A stretch of 64,000 nt of DNA from Sedimentisphaerales bacterium (lineage in GTDB: Bacteria; Planctomycetota; Phycisphaerae; Sedimentisphaerales; Anaerobacaceae), in NCBI GenBank assembly GCA_963708075.1, contig OY970194.1:6432001-6496000 (forward strand), read 5' to 3'. The position numbers and the translations under genes are program-made. Under the pieces are notes generated by a model. It was not told the DNA's origin, did not search any database, and saw only the letters and a program-made list of their open reading frames with translations. Shown one piece after another: positions 19,177 to 29,063 of the stretch; position 1 is the stretch's first letter, and each line of letters starts with the position of its first letter.

Positions 19177-19338
19177 GTCTCAATTCCTCCCCGCCTCGGG
19201 CAGCGGCGTCGTCCCGCGGCGGCAACCGCACAGATCCGGCACGATGCTCGATCAACTGCCACTACCCAGTGTACCCGGTCCGGGCACGGCGGTCCTGTCA
19301 TCGGTTCTGATGAGCGGCGGGCGGAAAAACCTGATGCA

Positions 19339-19440
19339 GTGTCTGTGAAGACAATCTGGTAGTCGGGTGGCAGCGGCGAGCCGGCGCTTGACGCTGCCAC
19401 CCACAACCTCATGCTTGCTTTGCCACAATCCTGTCGTGCA
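19339..19440. repeat. GGGTGGCAGCG-type palindromic element (internally deleted copy)
   Basis: GGGTGGCAGCG...CGCTGCCACCC, with flanks shared with 40766-40919. Confidence 0.75.
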
Positions 19441-19586
19441 TCCGACGCAGGCCGATAGGGTATGGCATTGTACGGCCACAAGGAGTATGATAGGCGACGT
19501 CGCGGACGGCGAGGGTATCGTTGCCGCGGCACTGAGGCATATCGGGAAATCGCAGAACCGCTGGCTGGATGGCTGGAGATTGGACC

Positions 19587-20123
19587 GTGAAGCGCATTCT
19601 TTCTCTGCTCATGCTGTTGCTCACTGTGTCGTGCAGTTCCTCGAACAAGGGCTCCGCAACTTCTGTTGCGGAGGATGAGAAATACAACCAGGCATTGGAA
19701 TACTACACGCTGACGCACGCGCCGGGGATGGACCCGAATCGTCCGGCGGATGGGCCGCGTGGAAGGCCGACCTCCGAAGCAAACGTTCAGAGGGCGACAA
19801 GGCTTCTGACCCTGCGGGATGCGATCCGCGCATGGCGGCACGAGAAGCCGGATCGCCGCGTCGCTGTCAAGGATCACAAGGAGGTCGAGCGGCTCGTCGA
19901 GCGAGTCTTTGACGACCCCGTGTCACGATCACGAATGGTCGTGAAGACCTATGATCTGAAGCTATGCGAGGGGATCACCTACCAGTTCTACAACAAGAAC
20001 CGGGGTTTCGTTTGTGTCATGTTTTATGACCGGGGCCCCAGGATGCGGGCGGGCCTGGACCTCTACCTGTTCAAGCACGATGGGAAATGGGAGATTGTCT
20101 ACAGAGTCGACTGGATCTCCTGA
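19587..20123 (+). CDS. Hypothetical lipoprotein
   Basis: GTG start after GGAG; MKRILSLLMLLLTVSC lipobox-like signal. Confidence 0.7.
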   Translation: MKRILSLLMLLLTVSCSSSNKGSATSVAEDEKYNQALEYYTLTHAPGMDPNRPADGPRGRPTSEANVQRATRLLTLRDAIRAWRHEKPDRRVAVKDHKEVERLVERVFDDPVSRSRMVVKTYDLKLCEGITYQFYNKNRGFVCVMFYDRGPRMRAGLDLYLFKHDGKWEIVYRVDWIS

Positions 20124-20167
20124 GAGCCTCTAACGGAATGAAAGTATGGCCGAAGGCCATTCCTTAT

Positions 20168-20263
20168 ATCATTCCCGCGCAGGCGGGAATCCAGCCGCGT
20201 ACCGAAGTTTCCTGGACCCCCGCCCCCGATCAGGTCGAGGGCAAGCTCTGCGCGGGGGTGACA
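20168..20263. repeat. REP-like doublet (ATTCCC-N8-GGGAAT family)
   Basis: TCATTCCCGCGCAGGCGGGAATCCAG...CTGGACCCCCG...CGGGGGTGACA between convergent genes. Confidence 0.8.
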
Positions 20264-20273
20264 TAGTCGAGGC

Positions 20274-20954
20274 TCAGGGGCAGAGGTGGGTCAGGTCTTG
20301 CATGGTCAGGTCGCTGAGGCGGGCGACGACTTTGTCGGCCTCCTGTAACTGGTCGGCTTCGTAGGTGTTCGTCACGGCGATGGTGCGCATGTTGGCGGCC
20401 CGGGCGGCCTTGAGGCCCCAGTGCGAGTCCTCGATGACCACGCAGTGCGCGGGCGCGATCGGCTGGACCCGCCGCTGGTTGAGCTTCTTGAGGGCCAGCA
20501 CGAAGCCCTGCGGGTCGGGCTTGCCCCGCTTGACCTCCTCAGCCGAGACGACCACGTCGAAGTAGCTGCGCAGCTTGGCCCCGTCCAGGATCAACTCGAT
20601 CTCCGCCCGCAGCGCGCCGGAGCAGATCGCCGTCGGCACGCGATTCTGCGACAGCATTTGGAGGAACTCGCGGACGCCCTCGATGATCCTGCCCTCCGTG
20701 CGGGCGAGCTGCTCGAAGACCTTCGTTTTCTGCTGAACGAGTTCCTGGATTTGGGCCTCGTCGATGTGAAGGCGTCCTTCCCCGATCAGGGCTTTGAAGC
20801 AATCCACGTCGGTCATGCCGAGGTAGTCGCTGTAGTACTCGCGCCTGGTGAGCTCGAATCCATGCTTGCTCAATACGGCGTTGAAGGCCCGGAAATGAAG
20901 AATCTCCGAGTCGGTAATGACCCCGTCGAAATCAAAGATCACCGCGCCAAGCAT
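20274..20954 (-). CDS. HAD-family phosphatase (beta-PGM-like)
   Basis: IFDFDGVITDS, KPDP, VIEDS. Confidence 0.9.
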   Translation of the reverse strand: MLGAVIFDFDGVITDSEILHFRAFNAVLSKHGFELTRREYYSDYLGMTDVDCFKALIGEGRLHIDEAQIQELVQQKTKVFEQLARTEGRIIEGVREFLQMLSQNRVPTAICSGALRAEIELILDGAKLRSYFDVVVSAEEVKRGKPDPQGFVLALKKLNQRRVQPIAPAHCVVIEDSHWGLKAARAANMRTIAVTNTYEADQLQEADKVVARLSDLTMQDLTHLCP

Positions 20955-20970
20955 ATAGGTCCCATTCGTC

Positions 20971-22773
20971 TTACGTTTCCGGCACGGGCCCGACCAGGGC
21001 CTCGTACTCGCTGAACGTCGATTTGTCGCCCCGGCGGACGAGGTCCGTCAGTGCCTTGATCTTCGGTGCGTTCTTTTCGACGTATCGCCGGGCCAGCACG
21101 GCCTTTCGTTGCTTCATGGGGACCTTTTGCCCGTTCCTGGCGTCGGCGCCAGCGACCGCGACATTCATGTCCACGGTGGTGCTGGCCTGGCCGCAGAACA
21201 GGTAGCCGTTGATCAGGTCGATGGCGACATCGACCAGGGCCCGGCCGTACAGGTCCATGTAGTCGTTGCCCTGCTCCTTCGTGAACTCGATGGCCGCGTT
21301 CAATTGCTGCGTCCCCTCCGCCAGCTTCTGCAGAAGGTCCGCCACATCCGGGCTGTATTGCAGGCCCGCAAGCTCGGCCAGGTACTTCTCCGCCGTGCCG
21401 CTGCACACGCCGCGGACCGCCGCCACGACCTGCAACTGGCTCGTGCCCTCGTAAATCGTCGTGATCCGCGCGTCGCGCACGTGCCGCTCGATGGCGTAGT
21501 CGCGCATGTAGCCGCTGCCGCCGAGGACCTGCATCGAATCGTACGTCACGCGATTGGACATCTCGGAGCAGTAATACTTGCTCATCGGCGTCAGCATGCC
21601 GGCGTATCTCTTATAGATGCGGGCGCTGTCCTTGAGCTTCTTTAGCTCGCCCTTGTCCTCCGGCGGGTGGTTATCGACCTGATTATTGTAGCCGATGGCC
21701 AGGTCCACGACGCGCGAGGCGTCGTAGAGCAATGCCCGTCCGGCCTCGATGGCGATCTTCATGTCGATGAGCATGTCGCGCACGGCAGGCAGGCGCTCGA
21801 TGGCCACGGAGAACTGCTTTCGACTGGCCGCATAGTCCCGGGCGATGCGGTAAGCCGCCTCGGCGATTCCCATGGACTGCCCGGCGATGCCGATTCTCGC
21901 GCCGTTCATCAGCGTGGCGACATAAGGGACCAGGCCGCGCTGCCGCTCGCCGATCAGCTCGCAGGGTGTGTTGTCGAAGAAGATTTCGCAGGTGGGCGAG
22001 CCGTGGATGCCGAGCTTGTCCTCAAGCCGGCGGATGTGGACGGTCGGTCCGGGCTCACAGACGAGCAGGCTCAGACCCAGCCCGCCGCTGCGGTCCGGCT
22101 CACTACGGGCGAGCACCAGCAGGATATCGCCGCAGCCGTTGGTGATGAATCGCTTGACGCCGTGGAGGAACCAGTTGCCGTCGTTGTCCTGGAAGGCCCG
22201 CACCTTCACCGCCTGCAAATCCGAGCCGGCGTCGGGCTCCGTCAGCACCATTGCGCCTGTGACCTTGCCGTTGGCGAAGGCCGGCAGGTACTTCTGCTTG
22301 ATCTCGTCGGAGGCAAATGCGTTGATCGTATCGGCGATGCCTTGGAGGCCGAAGATATTCATCAGCGAGGCATCCGCCCGCGAGAGAATCTCGATAGCCA
22401 TGGAGTACACGAGATTCGGGAAGTTCAGGCCGCCGAAGCGGTGAGGCAGGGTGAAGCCCATGACTTCCGCCTGGCCGAGCTTCTCGATGGCCTCCCGGAT
22501 TCCCTGCGGCCGGGTGACCGAGCCGTCCGGGTTCAGCGTGTTGCCCTCGCGGTCCACGCTTTCCGCCCGCGGCGCGATGAAGTCCGCGCACAGCTCGCCG
22601 ATGGACTCCAGCACCATCTCATAATTTCGGACGGCCTCCTGCTCGTTGGCCGGAGCGTGATCGAACTGCCCCGCGAACCGGAAGTCCTCCTCGAATGCCC
22701 TCGCCAGTTGCCCCAGGTCGATATGCCTGAACAGAAACCGGATGTCATCGTTGTCTTTGTAGAAGTTGCCCAT
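20971..22773 (-). CDS. Acyl-CoA dehydrogenase
   Basis: MVLTEPDAGSD, KRFITNG, KLGIHGSPT, RDARITTIYEGTSQLQ. Confidence 0.93.
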   Translation of the reverse strand: MGNFYKDNDDIRFLFRHIDLGQLARAFEEDFRFAGQFDHAPANEQEAVRNYEMVLESIGELCADFIAPRAESVDREGNTLNPDGSVTRPQGIREAIEKLGQAEVMGFTLPHRFGGLNFPNLVYSMAIEILSRADASLMNIFGLQGIADTINAFASDEIKQKYLPAFANGKVTGAMVLTEPDAGSDLQAVKVRAFQDNDGNWFLHGVKRFITNGCGDILLVLARSEPDRSGGLGLSLLVCEPGPTVHIRRLEDKLGIHGSPTCEIFFDNTPCELIGERQRGLVPYVATLMNGARIGIAGQSMGIAEAAYRIARDYAASRKQFSVAIERLPAVRDMLIDMKIAIEAGRALLYDASRVVDLAIGYNNQVDNHPPEDKGELKKLKDSARIYKRYAGMLTPMSKYYCSEMSNRVTYDSMQVLGGSGYMRDYAIERHVRDARITTIYEGTSQLQVVAAVRGVCSGTAEKYLAELAGLQYSPDVADLLQKLAEGTQQLNAAIEFTKEQGNDYMDLYGRALVDVAIDLINGYLFCGQASTTVDMNVAVAGADARNGQKVPMKQRKAVLARRYVEKNAPKIKALTDLVRRGDKSTFSEYEALVGPVPET

Positions 22774-22801
22774 ATCTCATCCGTACCTTAGTTTTCACTT
22801 C

Positions 22802-22952
22802 GGGTGCCATGTCCACGCTCGCGTGGACATGCCTGGCTCATCCGGCAGATACATGCTTACGCAGGCGTAAGCATGGCACCCGGCGACTTACGATTCTCGA
22901 TTCGCGATTTTGGGCCGGCCCTTCAGCAATCGTAAATCATAAATCGTAAATC
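22802..22952. repeat. GGGTGCCATG...CATGGCACCC palindromic doublet followed by inverted 7-nt (AAATCGT) microrepeats
   Basis: Two internal hairpins at 22802-22881, then CGATTCTCGATTCGCGATT ... AATCGTAAATCATAAATCGTAAATC. Confidence 0.8.
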
Positions 22953-23985
22953 ACTCTACGCCTTTCTCCTTGATGGCCTTGATCATCCTTGGGACGACCT
23001 CGTTCAGGTCGCCGAGGATTTTGTAGTGGGCGACGTTGAAGATCGGGGCCTCGGGATCGTTGTTGATGGCGACGATCTTCTGGCTCTGGGCCATGCCCGC
23101 CTGGTGCTGGATGGCGCCGCTGATTCCGACGGCGATGTAGAGACTCGGGCGGACCGTTGTCCCGGTCTGGCCGACCTGGTGGTCGTGGTCGATGAAGCCG
23201 AGATCGACCGCCGCCCGGGTCGCCCCCGGGGCCGCACCGAGGCAGTTAGCCAGATCCCAGACCAGCCGGAAATTCTCTTTGCTGCCAACGCCCGCGCCGC
23301 CTGCGACGATGATTCTGGCCGCCTTGAGATCGACCTTCTTTGGCCGCTTGTGTTCCTGCAAAATCTCCAGGGGCAGATCGTCGTGAGCGAGCTTCACACT
23401 CTCCGTCACGATTGTGCCGCGGCGCTTCACGTCGGGTTGCGGCATGGCCATCACGCCTTCACGGACAGTCGCCATCTGCGGCCAGCGGTCGTAGTTGATG
23501 ATCGTCGCGATGATGTTGCCGCCGAACGCCGGGCGGATCTGGAACAGCAGATTCTTATGGACCTCGCCGTCCTTGGCCGTGGTGTGATCGCCGATCTGCA
23601 GGTCGGTGCAGTCGGCGGTCAGGCCCGCCTTGGCGGCGCTGGCGATTCGCGGGGCCAGGTCCCGGCCCGCCACCGTCGCGCCATAGAGCACGATCTGCGG
23701 CTTGTGCTTGTGGATCAGGTCGAGGATCACCTTCGCGTAGCTGTTGGCCTGGTACGCCCCGAGGAACGGGTGCTCGACCAGGTACACCTTGTCGGCCCCG
23801 TACTGTGTCAGCTTCGTGCCGAGCTCCTTGACGCCGTCGCCCAGGAGCACCGCCGCCAGTTTCACCTTCAGCGTATCCGCCAGGTGCCGCGCCTTGCTCA
23901 TCAGCTCCAGCGGCGTCTCCTCCAGACGCCCGCCATGCTGCTCCGCGAACACCCACACGTCCCCTTGTCTATTCACGTCGATCAT
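22951..23985 (-). CDS. etfA: Electron transfer flavoprotein alpha subunit
   Basis: [28 protein letters not shown]. Confidence 0.95.
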   Translation of the reverse strand: MIDVNRQGDVWVFAEQHGGRLEETPLELMSKARHLADTLKVKLAAVLLGDGVKELGTKLTQYGADKVYLVEHPFLGAYQANSYAKVILDLIHKHKPQIVLYGATVAGRDLAPRIASAAKAGLTADCTDLQIGDHTTAKDGEVHKNLLFQIRPAFGGNIIATIINYDRWPQMATVREGVMAMPQPDVKRRGTIVTESVKLAHDDLPLEILQEHKRPKKVDLKAARIIVAGGAGVGSKENFRLVWDLANCLGAAPGATRAAVDLGFIDHDHQVGQTGTTVRPSLYIAVGISGAIQHQAGMAQSQKIVAINNDPEAPIFNVAHYKILGDLNEVVPRMIKAIKEKGVE

Positions 23986-24063
23986 GCTTGGCTTCTCGTC
24001 GTCCTTATCTCGTCAAATCGATGTCCCTGTTCCGTGCGCATCAGACGAAACGGTCGTCCTCAT

Positions 24064-24135
24064 GTCACCCCCGCGCAGGCGGGGGTCCAGGAACGCACAG
24101 AGAGTAACTGGATTCCCGCCTCCGCGGGAATGACA
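24064..24135. repeat. REP-like doublet (same family as 20168)
   Basis: GTCACCCCCGCGCAGGCGGGGGTCCAG ... CTGGATTCCCGCCTCCGCGGGAATGAC. Confidence 0.8.
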
Positions 24136-24183
24136 TGGGGTGGCGTTCGCCCCGCTCTTACCAAACTATAGGCTCGAAGCGTG

Positions 24184-25194
24184 TCAGTCATCTGTCAACT
24201 TCGCCTCCGCTGGCAACGTAGCTCGAATTGTGGCTTTCAATTCCTTGCTAACATCATCAGGTTTCGTCGAGTCCCACAGGATTGTCAAATGGTGGTTAGT
24301 ATCGAAGTGAGGCTTGGACTTGTGATCTTCGAATACTTTTTTCTCACACGTGTAGATGACCGGTTTTCCCATTCCCTCAGCGTACCCGGCTTCCCAGTAG
24401 GCGCCCCGATTCCCGTGCGTCAAGTCGGCGATCAGAAAGCGCGAGGTTCGTATCTCCACCCTCAACCTGTCATCTATTAGTCCTGCCGGCTGGGGCCTAT
24501 CAGGGAGTTTGAATAGATCGAAGCCGGTTTCCTTGACCGCCGGCTTGAACACGCTCTCAAAGATGTCCTCCAACGGTTCCTCGTTGTACTGCATGGCCAT
24601 GAATGCTCTGCGGCTGTCAGCGTGCCCCAGTTTGAGCTTCTCGTAATGCTCCCAACCATCGAAAGACAGAGTTACGCGTCTCCAAACGCCAGATTCTCCG
24701 GGCCCATGGTCGATCAGTTTTGCATTGTTGAGCAAGTGGCTAGAAACGAGCTCGAATTCCTGTTCATTTGGAGACCCGACGATCGCTTGAATGGCCAGTC
24801 TCTCGACTGCGGCGTATCGACCGCCGACCTTGATGTTATCACCTATCCACCGCACATAGTTGTCAGCCTGCGCCATAGGTGATGGACGTGGATTCCTGAT
24901 AACGCCGCTCACGAGCTCGTGGGTTAGGACTATGGGGTCCTTCCCGCTTAGCCTCTTCTTTGACTCATGTTCAGTGCGAATCCAATGGCTCAGCACTGCC
25001 ATCTTCTGAGGGTCTCTCTCAAGTAAATCCTCTAGAAAGGACACCCTGCGCAGGGAATCGGTGAGAGGTATCTTAAGGCAGAAGTCACCACACCGCTCGC
25101 AGTGGTACTTGTCCACCCTGGCTTGGTCTCGGGCATCAGGCTCCGAGATCAGCGGCGTAATATCGGTTTGACACACAGGGCATTTGTCGCTCAC
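24184..25194 (-). CDS. Zn-ribbon plus nucleoside 2-deoxyribosyltransferase/TIR-like domain protein
   Basis: GTG start after AGGAG; CPVC...CERC; C-terminal AFMAM..IRTSRFLIADLTHGNRGAYWEAGYAEGMGKPVI..HFD; visibly less GC-rich than the flanks. Confidence 0.8.
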   Translation of the reverse strand: MSDKCPVCQTDITPLISEPDARDQARVDKYHCERCGDFCLKIPLTDSLRRVSFLEDLLERDPQKMAVLSHWIRTEHESKKRLSGKDPIVLTHELVSGVIRNPRPSPMAQADNYVRWIGDNIKVGGRYAAVERLAIQAIVGSPNEQEFELVSSHLLNNAKLIDHGPGESGVWRRVTLSFDGWEHYEKLKLGHADSRRAFMAMQYNEEPLEDIFESVFKPAVKETGFDLFKLPDRPQPAGLIDDRLRVEIRTSRFLIADLTHGNRGAYWEAGYAEGMGKPVIYTCEKKVFEDHKSKPHFDTNHHLTILWDSTKPDDVSKELKATIRATLPAEAKLTDD

Positions 25195-25217
25195 GTTCGT
25201 ACTCTCCTGTTTGTACT

Positions 25218-26129
25218 TCACGCGATGATCTTGTCCTGGATGAGCTCGTGGATCATGGCGGCGACACCTTCGTCGGTCGGGGCGATTGTCTTGCTTTCTT
25301 TCGCGGCCAGGACGACGCTTTGGATGCGGTGGACCTTCGTGGGCGAGCCGCTGCGGCCGCACCAGGTCAGGTCCGCACCGATGGCGTCCAGGTCCCACTG
25401 CTTGATCAGCAGGCCCTTCTGCGCCAGGGCGTCCGCCTGCTCCTTGACGAGCTTCTTGATCGTTACATCATTCACGCCGGGATGGGCGGCCTTGACCTGT
25501 TGCTCGATCTCCACCGGCGCCAGGGCGTTCTTGTTCTTCATGAGTTTCCTGGCCGCCGCGACCCGGGGCTCGCCCGCTTCGCCCGTGACCGTCAGCAGGA
25601 CGGGCAGCCTGGCCCGGACCAGTTGCCAGCCATTGCCGATATTGCGACGGGCCGTGATCGTATCGCCTTCGAGTCCTTCCATCGCCTCGACGTAGGTAAT
25701 CTGGGTAATTCCGAGCTTCTCGGCCATCTGCGGGCCCACTTGGGCGGTATCGCCGTCGATGGCCTGCCGGCCGCACAGGACGATGTCGTAATCCAGCTTT
25801 TTCACGGCGCAGCTCAGGATGTAGCTGGTCGCCAGGGTATCGCTGGCGGCGGCACGCGAATCGGTGACCAGGACGGCGTCGTCCGCGCCCCGGTACAGAG
25901 CATCGCGGAGAATCCTCGCCGCCGCGGGAAGGCCCATCGTAATCACGGTAACCCGGCCGCCGAAGCGGTCCTTGATCCGCAGCGCGATCTCCAGCGCGTT
26001 CAAGTCTTCCGGATTGAAAATGGCCGGCAGGGCCGCACGATTTACCGTTCCGTCGTCATTCATGACCTGCCCGGTAATCCTTTGCGTATCCGGCACCTGC
26101 TTGGCCAACACAACACAGTGATAACCCAC
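25218..26129 (-). CDS. etfB: Electron transfer flavoprotein beta subunit
   Basis: KQVPDT, NPED, GRQAIDGDTAQVGP, GSPT. Confidence 0.95.
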   Translation of the reverse strand: MGYHCVVLAKQVPDTQRITGQVMNDDGTVNRAALPAIFNPEDLNALEIALRIKDRFGGRVTVITMGLPAAARILRDALYRGADDAVLVTDSRAAASDTLATSYILSCAVKKLDYDIVLCGRQAIDGDTAQVGPQMAEKLGITQITYVEAMEGLEGDTITARRNIGNGWQLVRARLPVLLTVTGEAGEPRVAAARKLMKNKNALAPVEIEQQVKAAHPGVNDVTIKKLVKEQADALAQKGLLIKQWDLDAIGADLTWCGRSGSPTKVHRIQSVVLAAKESKTIAPTDEGVAAMIHELIQDKIIA

Positions 26130-26299
26130 CTGCGGTCTCCTACCAGTTGTCTTATCTGATGCTGATCCCCAGGAAGCCCATAGTTTACCCGCCCTCGTTC
26201 GCAGGTCAACCCCAAACTGAGGTAGGCCGCCAAACGCTGTGTGTACAGCCGCGTTCTATATTGCACGGCGTGGACCAAGAGGCGGGGGCGCCTCGGGCT

Positions 26300-26361
26300 G
26301 GAAAGAAGAAGCCCCCGCAAGCAAAAAACGGAGGGAGAGGAAGTGCGGCTCACGGGGGCTT
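26300..26361 (-). terminator. Terminator-like hairpin with anti-SD loop (possible sRNA)
   Basis: 14-bp stem AAGCCCCCGTGAGC/GCTTGCGGGGGCTT with two G-U pairs, 25-nt loop, then CTTCTTT. Confidence 0.55.
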
Positions 26362-26398
26362 ATAGACTGCGATTCCCTGTGTCCCGAAGGACCGGGCC

Positions 26399-26782
26399 TC
26401 AGGTTCGGGAAGACGGCCCCGTATGAGACCGTGTTGCGAAATGTGCCGGCGCGCAACCTTGCAGGCGCGCCAAAGCAGCGGTCTTGTCCTCGACGAAATC
26501 GAAGAGTCTGTCGAGCTGGACGGTAACGAAGACGCCCCTCGTTTGGGGAGCCACGCCGCACAGGACCAGCTTGTGCCCCAGGTCCCGCATCAGCCGGCGC
26601 AATTCCAGGAGCCTGGAAAACGTCAGAGACCCCACAACATCAACCGTGGAGAAGTCAACGATGACATCGCAGCGGCCTCTTTGACGTGCCATTTCCACGA
26701 CGGTTTGCAGCTCGCTGTGTCCCTCCAGTTCCCGAGGCAAGTCCACAACGATCACGTCCTCCAACCCTGTCTGAACGCTCAT
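26399..26782 (-). CDS. STAS-domain protein
   Basis: VIVDFSTVDVVGS...LVLCGV...VQLDRLF. Confidence 0.85.
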   Translation of the reverse strand: MSVQTGLEDVIVVDLPRELEGHSELQTVVEMARQRGRCDVIVDFSTVDVVGSLTFSRLLELRRLMRDLGHKLVLCGVAPQTRGVFVTVQLDRLFDFVEDKTAALARLQGCAPAHFATRSHTGPSSRT

Positions 26783-27355
26783 CCACGGCCATCCTTTCCA
26801 GCATCCTGGTGCCAATCAAAATCGTAGGTGCGACCTATCCTATTTCTAATGGCGTCTGCCGATGGCAGAATGTGGATGCCAAAAATGAGAAAAATTCATT
26901 CGACGAAGCACATCGCCGCTGCATCTCCTCGTGACCGGCGTATCCTCCCCTCCTAATGACCCGGAATCACGGCATCTGTCGCTCTGCAGGCCCGCTACTC
27001 CTTGTGGGACATGAGGATTGCCCCCGTGCGCGGAACTTCGGCCTCTCCTACGTCCTGGAACTTGTCTCAATTGTGAGAGACAACGTCGCGATTATCGGTT
27101 CACGCCCCGCCAAGGGCCTGCGGGTCTGATAATGAAACGTCCGCGATTATCGGCCCTTTTCGATTTCCGTGTGGCATCCGCCCATGCGTATGGACATGGC
27201 ACGCTATTTGCTGTCTTAAGGTTGTCATCGCCATAGACGTGTGTGGCGGTACTTGGGGGTCAGCGAAACACCATACGTAACGTAGGTCACGCCAGAACCC
27301 AATTCGAGGGGACAAACAGCCGGATTCTGCCGGCACGAATTGGAAAGGGGTCTAA

Positions 27356-27974
27356 ATGCACACCGATCGAAACCTGGGGAGACTGTTTGTTGCCGCGATT
27401 GCCACGGCCTTGCTCATGGCGGGCTGGGCGGTCGCCGCGCACTCCGATCACGGCTGTGATGGCTGCCACGTGCCTCACAACGCCGGCGATCTGCCGGGAG
27501 TGCCGCTCTGGAACGGCAACGAGAACCACCACGACGTTCACGATGTATTCCAGCTCGACGTTGCAGGCGAGCATGGAGGGCCAGCCCACCGGGGCCTCCA
27601 GGCTGTGCCTCAGTTGCCACGACGGCGCCAACCCGAGCTATGTGTGGATGAGCGACAGCCGCAAGTTTGGGGCCAGTGAGCTGACGAACAGCCATCCGAT
27701 CTCGTTCGTGTATGACTCCTCGCTGGTCGCTGCCGACGGCGCGTTGAAAGACCCGTCGCAGCCCAGCACGCTCGGGCGGACGATTGCCGAGGACCTGCTG
27801 GACGCCAGCAGCCGGGTGCAATGCAACAGTTGCCACGACGTGCACATCAGCGGCGTGGGCCAGTATTTGCTGCGCGGCTACGATTACGGCCGGGAGACGA
27901 TCGCGAACCCCGACGGCACGACCACGACAGTGCGTCACGGACCGGAACTGTGCCGCATGTGCCACATCAAATAG
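27356..27974 (+). CDS. Secreted tetraheme c-type cytochrome; apparent +1 frameshift at 27521-27527
   Basis: Signal peptide; CDGCH, CLSCH, CNSCH and CRMCH after joining the frames. Confidence 0.85.
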
Positions 27975-28082
27975 GACCGGGGCACCGAGGCTCGTTGCAC
28001 ACGGATCCTTCGCGGCCCGTCGCCGGTATCGCAATGGCGGGCTGCATACGTGCCCATCGAGCCCTGGAATATGATTCTATAG

Positions 28083-28190
28083 CACCGGGTGGCAGCGGCA
28101 AGCGCGAGCTTGCCGATGGTTCCCAAAGGGACCATCACCAAAGCCTTTTGGCCCCGTTCAGGCTAGGCTTGGGGGGGCTGCCACCCGGTG
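28083..28190. repeat. GGGTGGCAGC-type palindromic element
   Basis: CACCGGGTGGCAGC...GCTGCCACCCGGTG terminal inverted repeat. Confidence 0.75.
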
Positions 28191-28366
28191 CTTGTCATTT
28201 GAATGCCCGAGCCCGAGACCAGGAAGCCCGAAAACTCTGCGGCGAATTCGCCTACCCGAACATCCCCGAAGACGACCCGCCGGAAGCAGAATAGGACCCA
28301 TGGGACCTATAGGACGGATCGGACGAATCCGGTACCTTGCCACGGCACCGGCGGCGTGAACCGATT

Positions 28367-29063
28367 TCAGCCAGGGTCACGGGGCTCATTGGTTCCATAG
28401 GTCCTATGAGTCCCATCCGTCCTATTCGTCCCATCCCGCAGCCGCGGATTGTCACGGCTCTGGCGGCGGGCATGGTAAAGCCGTTCTGTGAACCCGCCTT
28501 CAGCGAGGAAATGCTGCTCCAAAGAGCGGAGTTGCTGGTCAAGCAGGTAGTTGGCCTGGTGGACGAGACAGATCACGGCGTTAGCCGCAACCTCCGGCAG
28601 CCCCTTCTCAACATAGGTCCTATAGGTTCTCATAGGTCCTATCAGGCCGGTAGGCCAACGTCCTGATCGCACGAGCCTGCGGATGGTCCTTGCCCCAAAT
28701 GGGCAGGTCCCGCTGCCGGAGAAAATCCTGATAGTCCTGGAGCAATTCCTCCAGGCTGGCCCGCGCCACATTGGTCAGCTTGAGTTCAGTCTTCTTCGAG
28801 GTGCCGGAGGCTTGGCTACCCTCCGCGATATTCTGCTTGCCGCTCCTCGCGGCCTGCACCATCTGATCGGTTGTGCGCGAGTAGCGGTCGATGAAGCGGG
28901 CGCAGAAGGCGACCGTCGCATCATAGATGATCTCGGCCACCTGATAGGATTTGAGCTGCCGATACCCGCCATGCGCAGGAATCACCCCCGGCGAATCATA
29001 GGTCCCATCGGCCCCATGAGTCCCATCCGTCCCATCCAATCGCGGCTCTCTCCTATCCTCCAT
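28367..29063 (-). CDS. Four-helix-bundle protein with suffix domain (TIGR02436/TIGR04258-like); apparent +1 frameshift at 28625-28631
   Basis: HGGYRQL, DQMVQAARSGKQNIAEGS, ARASLEELLQDY, AANAVICL..QANYLLDQQ..LE..F..EGGFTERLY. Confidence 0.9.

Noticed and set aside
28367..29063. Diversity-generating retroelement (Avd-like protein)
   Set aside because: No reverse transcriptase and no TR/VR pair with adenine-specific mismatches were seen in the window.
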